Source: Utricularia gibba
Taxonomy: Eukaryota; Plantae; Magnoliophyta
NCBI GenBank assembly: GCA_002189035.1
Contig: NEEC01000002.1
Span: 1,798,001 to 1,862,000 of the forward strand
Direction of reading: 5' to 3'
Length of the DNA: 64,000 nt
In this document: piece by piece, positions 25,338 through 35,700 of the stretch
Layout: each line of letters starts with the position of its first letter
Numbering within the stretch: position 1 is the first letter of the stretch
The notes under the pieces: model-generated
Seen by the model: the letters and a program-made list of their open reading frames with translations, nothing else
Told to the model about the DNA's origin: nothing
The model's database searches: none
Translations under genes and position numbers: made by a program

Positions 25338-26252
25338 ATGGGAGGCCCCCACGCCAATTCTCCAGGTGGTGAAGGCGTTGAGGAGGACGGAGTTACGCTC
25401 AGGTTATTTCCAGTGGAAGGATATTCCGGTCCAGAGCAAAACATGCAAGAGAATTCAGGCATTACACGGCCACCGGAGGATCAGAATGGCGCTGCGATGG
25501 AGGGCCTCCAGATCAATGCTCCGACGAGAGACAACGATGGTGAAGGCGTTGAGGACAATGGATTTATTACGCTCATATTATTTCCACCGGAAGGAGAATC
25601 TGCTGTGGAGGAAAACATGGAACAGAATGTGGACATCGTTCCGCCACCGCAGGATCAGCATGAAACTGCGCCGCGGAGAAAGAAGCGCAACCCACCGTCG
25701 GACGCGGCAGTGGTGGTACCCGCACTGCGCAAGATACCTAGAAAATTAGGATCGAAGTCCGAAACAGTCACGCCGCCGTTCCGATGGGCCACAGACCGGC
25801 GGGCGACGGTGCACACACTCGAACACCTGGTGGCAAATGGGATCACGACCATCACGGGGGAAGTGAAGTGCAAAAAATGCGCATCTATTTTCAGAATAGA
25901 GTACAACCTTCAGAGCAGTTTCAGGAGACTAGTGATGTACATTACCAGCAACAGAGACGACATGCGGCACCGTGCCTCAGAGAAATGGCTGCGCCCTTCC
26001 CTGCCGCAGTGCCAAACCTGCAGCAAGGAGAACTGCTTGAAGCCCGTTATTTCTAGCAAGAAGAGAAGCATAAACTGGCTATTCCTGCTTCTGGGGCAGA
26101 TGGTGGGCTACTGTAATATGAAGCAACTCAAGTACTTCTGCAAGCATACCAACAATCATCGTACCGGAGCCAAAAATCGCTTGATTTTTACAACGTATTT
26201 TTCCCTAGTCAAGCAGCTTGACCCCGGCGCCCCTTTCGCCAATTTCGATTGA
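25338..26252 (+). CDS. Plant DUF7086-type Cys-rich protein (intronless)
   Basis: PPFRWATDRRATVHTL, ITGEVKCKKC, CQTC, INWLFLLLGQMVGYC..QLKYFCKHTNNHRTGAK..QLDP. Confidence 0.87.
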   Translation: MGGPHANSPGGEGVEEDGVTLRLFPVEGYSGPEQNMQENSGITRPPEDQNGAAMEGLQINAPTRDNDGEGVEDNGFITLILFPPEGESAVEENMEQNVDIVPPPQDQHETAPRRKKRNPPSDAAVVVPALRKIPRKLGSKSETVTPPFRWATDRRATVHTLEHLVANGITTITGEVKCKKCASIFRIEYNLQSSFRRLVMYITSNRDDMRHRASEKWLRPSLPQCQTCSKENCLKPVISSKKRSINWLFLLLGQMVGYCNMKQLKYFCKHTNNHRTGAKNRLIFTTYFSLVKQLDPGAPFANFD

Positions 26253-28305
26253 CGAGGTTTCTAGTTTCTTAATATCTTTCTCACAGGACTCCTGTGGAGT
26301 TTTCCTGCATCGGCTTTGTTCACCATGTGACAAAAGCCCTAGGTTTTTTTAGGGTTTGTAAACTGAAACCCTAGATTTCTATTCTGATTTCCCATAAAAA
26401 TCCTGTCTTTCCTGTCAATGGTTCATGTTGCCCTCAAAAACAGAACACCAGATTTCTAGTTGGTTTATTTCAATTTTCAAGACGAAGTCGTTCTTCTCAG
26501 TTCTTACTCCTGCTGTCCATAGCCGGACACGATGGTCTTTCACGATTCAACACAACAATTTCCCGCTGTTGACCTCAATTGGCTTGCTTTTGTTCTCACA
26601 TATTTCGTTATGTTGTAAATCGAATACGAAGAATAAGAAAAGCAGACACATAAAACAATCTAATAAATTAGAATCATACATACGCGTAAGTTCTAGCTCC
26701 CTCCGAAACCTATCAAAATTAATGGGTTACTTTACGATATAAACTAGTTGAATGTATGTTCAACTATCAATGTGGGATAATCACACATTTTTCCAATACC
26801 TTTATTCCAATATGTTCTTATCTCTCAAGTCACGGGGTAATTTTCTCAAAGCTGGTAAAAAATAACACACACAGACGCTGTTACTATGGTAAATTCAAGT
26901 GGATGAAATACCATCCCTCTAGAATGTATCCAATCCTCTTAAGAATGCACATGAATGGATACCACATTAGGTATGTTATGTTAATACGGTAACACAAGAG
27001 TAGTGAAGTATAAAAATAATGTATAAACAATACGTTTAAATAATAAAGTATCTTATTCAACAATAACATACCTCACATGGATATATATTCATAGATTCAA
27101 TGACTTAAAAGTTTATATGTTTATAAAAATTGATATTCGATCTCTATTTCATGAACTAACATTCTTATTGACTGAAAAATTGTTAGAAAAATGATTAATA
27201 ATATTTTTTAATTAATCATGCATCTTAAAAATTGTAGATTTGGGAGTTCGAACTCGAGACTTTCTACATAGATAAATATTATAGAGCAAACTAAACTAAT
27301 GTGTTATTAAAATATACATTGTATCAGGAAGCATATCTTCCACAGAGTTCGTTCCGATTCAACCGTTTTCAAACTCGTACATATTTTATGTATATTTAAT
27401 ACCACAACACCTAGATTATTTTCATCATAGATTCAATCCAATGGTTGCCATTTTTTATAAAAAAAAATAATGTTATCAAATAGTAATATTATTTATAACC
27501 CATATTGGACCAACAGTTAATTTCTTGCCCACCTAAGGAGCGGCATTTATTACGTGGCCTACTTGTTATTCTTTCCTTTTAAAATTAAAATAAAAAATAG
27601 GGTTAATTTTTATCAAATTTCATTTGTTTTTTTATCTGTATAAAAAAAAATCATAGGTGTATATCATATCTATATACACTGCTGAATTCGTGCTCCGTAC
27701 AGATTTTTTTTAAAAAAAATTTTTAAAAAACATTTTTTCTTTTGTTTTTAATTTGTTTTTCCTCCTTTTTTTACTCTTTGAATAGTCGCGGTGGGGCCCA
27801 TTTTTAATTGTTACCTAAAAAAACGGCGGTAGTTGGGGGCTGCTTCTCTCCCTCCGATCCACCTCCCTTTTTTTTCTCTGAGTTGGATTTTTTAGATACT
27901 ATTCCGCTCATCGCTAACAAGTTTTTTTTTTCTTTTTGTTGGTGTAGGCCATCCAGTGTGTTGGTTTATGATTCAAGAAGGGGGTAAATGCTGACAAGCT
28001 TGGAGTTGGATCTAATGGCCCTGGCGGCGCGTGGGTTTCTGTGTAGTTGCCAGTTTGGTGGAAGTAAATGCTGCACCTCTCAGAATGTAACAACTATCAA
28101 AATATTCGAAAGATGGCTCTTGGAAGTGATAAAGAATGACAGCCAATGGCATTGCCCTACTCATTAAGAACAATAATGTATATAGATCAGCATCACATGA
28201 TGGTTTTTTTTATTTTGTAGTTGCACAGTGAAAAAAAAGATATTTTTTACTGGTTTCTCTATAAGTAGTAGCCCATTTGAGAATGATTCTCGCACAGGCA
28301 TAAGG

Positions 28306-28929
28306 ATGGCGTCCATTCGGACATGCTTTGTCGGCTTCGTTCTCGTTGCGCTCTTCCTCGAGGCAGCTGCGAGGGAAGTAGCGGAAGCGCCCACTGCATG
28401 TGAGTTACTTATCTTTTACCCTCTCAAATCCTCACTGTAGAAATGCAGAACAAGGGAAAGAAAAAGGACTAAAAGTGGTTTTGTTGGTTTCTCAGCGAAG
28501 GGATCCAAGGAAGGAAATGTTGGTGATGCCAAGTTTTTTTGGCATCCTCTTCCTGGAGGGTTGTTTGGTGGTGGGCCTGGATTCGTGGGTACTCCCGGTG
28601 CGCCTGGGGCGCCGGGTGCACCGGGTGCACCTGCAGGTAAAGGTGGAGGGGGAGGTAAAGGTGGAGCCGGAGGGCAAGGAGGACCTGGCAGCAATTTTTT
28701 CGGGTTTCCCATCGATGGAGCGCCTGGAGGCGCCGGTGGAGGAGGCGGCGCAGGAGGAGTCGGGGGAGCCGGTGGCGCGGGAGGAGCCGTGGGTGGCGGA
28801 GGAGGAGGAGGAGGAGGTGGTGGTGCTTTTGGTGGTGGTGGCGGAGGAGGAGGAGGAGGAGGTGGCGCTGGTGGTGGTGCAGGAGGAGCAGGCGGCGGTG
28901 GTGGCGCCGGAGGTGGAGGCAGAAAATGA
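28306..28929 (+). CDS. Secreted glycine-rich protein 1 (intron 28400-28495)
   Basis: Signal peptide MASIRTCFVGFVLVALFLEAAA; a phase-1 GT-AG intron joins it in frame to SKGSKEGNVGDAKFFWHP followed by a Gly/Ala tract to stop 28929. Confidence 0.85.
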
Positions 28930-29786
28930 GGGGCCGGGCATTGCACCGTTAGTGAAGCTAAAAACGAGGGTCGATGTTGAAACGGTGGGCCGGAGGACAT
29001 CAATAAGTGTATTCAAACACTCATTAAGCTTGTCTTTCAATTTGCACAGTTCACTGGATGTAATTTTGTGTGCTTGATTCATTTCACCTTCGAATACAAC
29101 GATGGAGATGGAACTTCGATTCACCGCAGCACCAGTCCAAGTCCACATTTATCACTCCCCAACCCTCACCATTTCCCCACTTATTGCTCTCCCAGACAAT
29201 GCACCTAAAGATTCTTCAGAAACAAGACACCCCGTGACATGTGCATTCTCAAATTGGAATTGGAGGCCGAGAATGACTCTACAGTGTATTTATATATGTA
29301 ATATGTGATGTGGGTCAAGAAACGACTGGTACCAAACTGAGACTTTGGTTTGCAGGGTAGACGTTCGGGCACTCGCACGGCTACCCTCAAATGGCCAAAC
29401 AACATCATCCCAACACAGATAAAACACCAAGTATTCAGACAACCGACTGCCCAAATGATTTTGTGGTTAGAAGAGTGTTGAATGAAGTTCCGAAACTAAA
29501 CTCGCATATTTAGGAGAACCCCATGCATCAAATACTTGTCCCAATTCCTAAACTCATGGGTTAAGCTACTTAGCTTTATAAATCTGCATATCATGAGTGG
29601 GGGGAGGGGGCCAGAACCCCCTTTGCAATGGCCTAGGGTTTTTCTTGACTAATTTGAGTGAATCTTGGGTCTTTACTACGTCTCATTCACATAAATTTAT
29701 GTGACAATATTCGAATTTGATCTCAGCATTGATATGAAAATTAGTTTATCAAATATGATCTAAGTTTCATGTACAACTGAATATAA

Positions 29787-29806
29787 ATATATATATATAT
29801 ATATAT
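29787..29806. repeat. (AT)10 microsatellite
   Basis: Read directly from the sequence. Confidence 0.9.
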
Positions 29807-30013
29807 TATTATTCTTGGCCCCCTGATCATTGAAGCTACTGCTTGGGAAGACTGGTTCCAATGGAATGAGTGGATCGGCTTTGTCCATTAAGAATTATTT
29901 CTTGAACAAACAACCAACACATTAACTGTAACACGCCTTGATGAATGAGCTTGCTAGCTTTTCTCTTGTATAAATACTACCCCATTTTGTGCAAAGATAC
30001 ACAAGAAAGAACG

Positions 30014-30507
30014 ATGTCTTCCATTCCAAGGCGCCTTCTCTTCGCCTCCTTAGCTTCTTTCCTCCTCGCGGCTTCCCTTGCCTCGGCCAGGGACATACCG
30101 CAGACTCTCAACACTGCACAGGAATGTGAGTTATCTTCTTCTATTCTCTTCTCTTTTTTGTGCAAACTTGAAAATTTGTCTTCCAGATTATGTTCATACG
30201 TGTGTGTCTGTGTGTTGTTGTTTTGCTCAGCTATGCATCATAATGAAGGGACGGTTCGTGATGCAAAGTGGTTTGGGTTTCCTTGGTTCGGCGGAGGAGG
30301 AGGCTTAGGCGGTGGGGAGGCTTCGGAGGTGGATATGGTGACGGATACGGCAGTGGATATGGTGGAGGATTCGGCAGCGGCGGAGGATATGGCGGTGGAG
30401 GAGGGTACGGCGGTGGGGGAGGCTTCGGCAGCGGAGGAGGATACGGCGGTGGGAGTGGCTTCGGCAGTGGATTCGGTGGAGGATACGGCGCCGGAGGAGG
30501 ATACTGA
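30014..30507 (+). CDS. Secreted glycine-rich protein 2 (GGGY/GGGF repeats; intron 30126-30230; 1-nt frameshift as assembled)
   Basis: Signal peptide MSSIPRRLLFASLASFLLAASLASA, EGTVRDAKWFGFPWF, then a GYGGG repeat frame offset by one base at 30314-30317. TATAAATA at 29969. Confidence 0.8.
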
Positions 30508-31120
30508 GGCTAAAAGGGATCCTCAGAACTGAAGCCACTGAAAGTTTCATGCAACGTTATTACTACCTCTGCATTTGATCCGTGCACAACCATTTGTAAT
30601 AATTAACCATCATGTTGTGAAAATCGAATTATATATAAATTTGATCTTCTTTTATTTTCCATATATCCAAATTTAAAATTAATATAAAAAATGATCAATT
30701 TTATCACATGAGGTGAATGCTACACCTCCATATCATTTTTAAATTATGTTGATGTGTTATTTTGATTTATGTGATGGTGACATATGATCAATTGCAATGT
30801 TAGAAATTTTATATTTAATATTGATTTGACAATAGAGGCCCAAGCATCTTATTGTTTTAGTTTTTTATTTTTTATTTTTTGATCAGTCACATCTTATTGT
30901 TTTATTAATTTAAATAATAATAAAAGACTAGGCCTAAATCATAATTAAATAAAACTAGATAATTTGACCTGGTATAGAAATCATCCATTTATATAAAAAA
31001 AATGATAAATGATAATGCAGTTCAAGATGAAGTCAAATGAGGTTGACCAGCAATGATTGGTTTTCCGGATCTGGCTGAGGGCCCACGTTAATCACAAAGG
31101 GCCAAGTCAACTTAATGAAA

Positions 31121-31210
31121 TTAAAGTTTAGGGACCGGAGTTGTGTTTTCTTAAAGTTTATGGACCGCACTTGTGTTTCCATAAAGTTTAGGGGCAGAAG
31201 TGGATTCGAT
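31121..31210. repeat. Three degenerate 30-bp tandem units upstream of EMB1273
   Basis: ttaaagtttagggaccggagttgtgttttc / ttaaagtttatggaccgcacttgtgtttcc / ataaagtttaggggcagaagtggattcgat. Confidence 0.8.
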
Positions 31211-31334
31211 TGAAACTTCATATTCTTACTATGGGAAGGCTGAGGGAGGGAATTATCCAACCTGGGATGGCGACGGTGCTCGTTCAAGTAACCGGTTGAG
31301 CTACTGCAGAGTTTTCCTTTGACGACGGCGCAAG

Positions 31335-32474
31335 ATGGCGCTGCGGCTCAATCCCTCCGCAATCTATTCTCTTGGGGTTACTCTTCTATCTTGCCTTGTT
31401 GTGACATTCAATTTTCGTCCGATTGGAGTATTTCTAGGATTTTCAGGGCCCTGGCGAATTAGATTGTTTAGAGTACTTGATTTTCTTCTTTGGGCTATCG
31501 GGGTTTTGTTTCTGTGGTTCGCAAATGTAGTTTCCGTGATTATGTTTGTATGATTGGATGTAAAAAAATTATTTTGCATATGAGAATTATGGAACCAAGG
31601 AGTCACCATTTTGTTGGAAGGTTGTGAAAACGAGAGTTGCTTGGGTTTTGTGCAATTGGTGATTGAAGTTATAAACATGTTAGAACCAACCCCTGTTCAA
31701 TTTTCCTGGAATTTTGTCTCGTACATGCAGGGCATTCCATTGTGCTACAGGCCTCAGAGCTACGTATTGGGTAGGAAACCGGTTCAAATGCGGAAACATT
31801 ATCCAATATTTCGCTGCAGCATCAGCAGGGCAACCGAGCCAGAGCAACCCAGTAAACTGAGCATTGAATTTGTGATGGACAAAGCAAGAGATGTATGGGA
31901 GAGTACTCCAGATGTAGTTAAGCGCTTCCCTTGGAGCAATGCATTTGACAAGTTCATCCAACTGATTATCGATCTTGCTTTAACGGTTTTCAAATACTTA
32001 GCTATTCCACTTCTTGCTGTCACCTCACTTAGTGAGATGTCTTATTGTGCTCACGAGAGAAAGCTATTCCTCATCCCATTTCCATTCTTGGTTGGCCTTG
32101 CTGTTGCTGGTATTCTTCAAGATGCTGCTTTGGAATCAACTCCTTATCTGAAGGTGCTTTCAGCTTCTCCCTTTATCATAATAAAAACTTTTAGCAACTT
32201 ATATGCAAGTAATGGGTCAAGTGATATCATCAGCATGTGATCTTTTTTTTCTTTTATCTAATTCCAGGATGCAGAAGTACCCTGGCATCTGATTACTGTT
32301 GCCATACCCTTCGCACTGCTGAAGCTTTTTGGTCCATCTTACCCATATTGGGGGCGCATTTTCATTCCACACATTGCTAATGGAGCACTATGCCGAATCA
32401 TTTGGTCAACGTTTTTGTGGCTCAAAAGATCTCATAAACCGGCATCATCCAACACAAATCAACCTCATCTGTGA
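31335..32474 (+). CDS. EMB1273: EMB1273-like plastid membrane protein (3 exons)
   Basis: FPW..LSEMSYCAHERKL..|DAEVPWHL..GPSYPYWGRIFIPHIANG matches my recall of the At1g49510 family. Confidence 0.75.
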
Positions 32475-32740
32475 TGAACAATTCTGAGCCAGATGAAGCC
32501 GCACTCCAGAGTATCTTAAGGAGGCCTTGTTTTGTTACAAACTTTTTGGTCGAAGTTTAGGCTCTTTTATAATCTCTACTTTCAATAGAAGAATGTGCTC
32601 AAAAGTTGGGCAATGAAAAATGTTATTTTTTGTTTGATGTCCCATAAATCACGAGATGACAAGACTGGCCATATTTCCATTTCTTCTCTATATTAGAAAC
32701 TGCTTGGTACAAACAAGTATTTACAAGCCGCTTTGTTTCA

Positions 32741-35700
32741 TCAGCTTGAACTGCCGGAGAGATCTCCAGAGAGTCCACTCCCATAAGAAACAGAACCAGG
32801 CCCTGAACGTGAGGTGCTCGCACGAACTTTCTGCATTTGCCGTATTTTAAATGCATCTTTGGGTAGTGGCTGGCTCTGTAATGTGGATATTTCATCTTCT
32901 TCTTGTCCTACAGAAAAGGATCCGCAATCTTAAGAACAACGATGTAAAAGCAAACACGAAGGATGGTTTGGATGCGGGACATACTCCGCGAATCCTTCCG
33001 TTTTCCAAGTTGCCCACTTCGTGTTTGTTTAAACTTGGATGAACCAGACAGATTGCTAGAGCTTGAAGCCTGTCCAGAATGCGCCAGCTGAGAGCCCCCA
33101 TGTTTGGCAGTTGGTAGAGGAATATTGCTTTGCAAACATATAGATATAACGAGATCCGGATCCGGAAAGGGACCTGGATTTTACCATAGATTAAAGGCCA
33201 GTCAACAAACAAACCCAAACGCAAGCAGAACAGAACCTGGTAATTTATTTACCTTCGACTGCAGGCAAATTTGCCACGAAGGTGGACAAGGGTGGAGTTA
33301 AACGTTTCAAAATATCACTCATGGAAGTTGTTCCTATATTCGCAGCCACACCATTTGTCAATGCTTTCGAAGGCACAGCCGCAGCAGGGCCTGTAAAATT
33401 TTTTTTTAAAAAAAATGAAACATCTTAACAACAAATCGACTCACATGACACTCGCAAACTTGACGTACCTGGTAACTTTTGTCCTGAACCACCAGGAGTT
33501 ACCAGTGTAGAGACATCCGGACGAATGATCTTGCTTGGGACATTTGAGGAGATTGGAATGCTTGAACTCCGATCTACATTTCAGATGTTTACAAGCCATT
33601 TAAATTGGAATAGGGGCAAGACGAATGTAGTAACAGAATATTGATATTAAAAAAAACATCAATCACCTGTTGGAACAGCCCCATTCAAAGGAACAGGAAC
33701 TTCATCCGTCTTGTGAACATTTCTGGACAGCCTCTGGGAGGAAAAACTCGCATCATTATCATCCTACAATTCATCAAACGTCAAATATAGATTTCCCATT
33801 TTTACCTCTTGACGATCTAAATTCTCCAAGTCCTTAGACGAACAAGGCAGCAGATCCATATAACTGTAGCGTGATGCAATGTCTTGCAGAGAACTCTCTA
33901 CAACTAGCTCCCCATTCTCACCAGCTCCAGAAAGAGCTACTTTCCTCCTTTGCTCCACCTATTTCACGATAAAGCTCAGTCATAAGCAAGTATAAACTAT
34001 AATAGTCGCAAGGGCATTTGGTTCAAGACAAAAACGAGTTGATCCATATTTCAAAAACCCAAAAAAAAAACATTAAGCACAAAAATTTAATCTTGGAGAG
34101 CTTGGCATGGTTTATCGGATTAAATGTTCATATTTTGAATGTTTCCTATACAACAAAAAAGTACAAAAAAAACAAGGCTACATTAACCCACCTTTAACAT
34201 GCTTGCAAGATCTCCATACGTCTGCTCAAACTGGGAATATTTCTTCCAAACCTAACATGATGAAAAATAACCCTTTTATACAAATCAGCATTCTGAGTAC
34301 AGTAGCTAGATGAAGCAATACCTCAACGGAATCATTGGGTGGTAGTGAGCTTAGAGCTCTTTCAAACAAAGCACGGATGTTTCGATCATCATTCAAGCGA
34401 CCCAAGAAATCAGCATATCTTCAGATACCAAGAAAGTGGATCAAAACACAGTCACTGGCAGACGATGCATGATAATGCTTTAAGAATTACTTCAATCCTT
34501 TGATAGGAAACAAGTGGATAAGAAACAATAGCTCAAATGTGAATCCCTCGTGCTTTGCATACAGAGAATCACACAGATAAATGATGGTGCATGTTAATGA
34601 AAATTATCCATTCATGGCCAACGCTTCAAACCAAAGAAAAATGTCGAGGAAGAAACTGAAACAAAAACTTACTCAAGAATGTATTTTGGTTCATGCATAA
34701 AGGATTTCAACCCTGCTTCAAATACATTGTGTGCGAGCTGAAGAACAATAAAAAGAGAGCCTTAATGAACATGTCCAGACGACCTTCATATTGACAAATA
34801 TTCAAAATGAAGTAAACAATAAAAAGTAAGGAAAGACACTGAAAAAAACAATCAAATTCACGAAGTCCACCTTTGCGTCTTTATCCAGACAAAATGCCAT
34901 CATTGCATATGCAACATAAACATGGTAGGTACAATTTGGATATTTACGCGCATCCAGGAAGTATTTTCGAGCTGCTTCAGCTCCTTCAGTTCTTCTTAGG
35001 AACCGTAAAAACTGCCAAAAGTAACCAAGAAGGTGTGAGGATATGCAGTGGATATATCTCAAAGAATAACTCATGTTACAAGGAATTCAAGAATATCAAT
35101 TTCATGTATTAGAGAAATCGATTGTACTAGGCGAATTCATGACATATAAAATAACACTTTTGCAAGTCATAAACACATGAAGAAAAGCTAGTACCTGAAT
35201 ATGTGATAAGGCTGTGGCACTCGAAACATCCCCAATTAGTAATTCATATACTCTTTTTGCATCCTGGAACAGTAGAAGAATAGACTAGAAAAAAAACTTG
35301 TAGGTTGATGCGCACATGAAATAACAATATTAAATCATATGATGAACCTGGGGTGCTCCATGGGACTCCTCTAGCTCCGCATATGCGTACTTCAGCATTT
35401 CCGAATCTGGAAAGCCAGGAAAAACTAGATGAAAACATAATGGAATTTGTACAATATGACAGAAATTGAGAATATTACCAGGGAGGGCCTTCAGAGCACG
35501 CTGAAACACTTTGACTGCAGCGTCTTTGGATCCCATGCTAGCATGCCATGTGGCATATTCATACCACACTTCAGGGTAATGATACAAATACATAAGGCAC
35601 TAGCATTGAAACACAAATATCCATCATAATCATTGAATGCGTTGCAATTGCAAAAGTAGAAAACAGTGACTCTAAATCTCATGAACATAAATTGAATTAA

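Noticed and set aside
26425-26620. Minus-strand coding-like fragment with an internal stop (IEVNSGKLLC*IVKDHRVRLW..)
   Set aside because: No recognisable homology or splice context.
27240-27265. gagttcgaactcgagac palindrome, SINE/tRNA-like
   Set aside because: Too short, with no body, tail or target-site duplication.
28400-29148. Long overlapping ORFs on both strands over GRP1 (Pro-rich, Ser/Thr-rich, Glu/Val-rich)
   Set aside because: GGN-repeat DNA has no stops in most frames. Only the Gly frame has a signal peptide and splice support.
29597-29830. gggggagggggccagaaccccc ... ttggccccctg resembling a decayed GC-ended MITE around the (AT)10 tract
   Set aside because: The ends are not properly complementary, so it cannot be supported without a repeat library.
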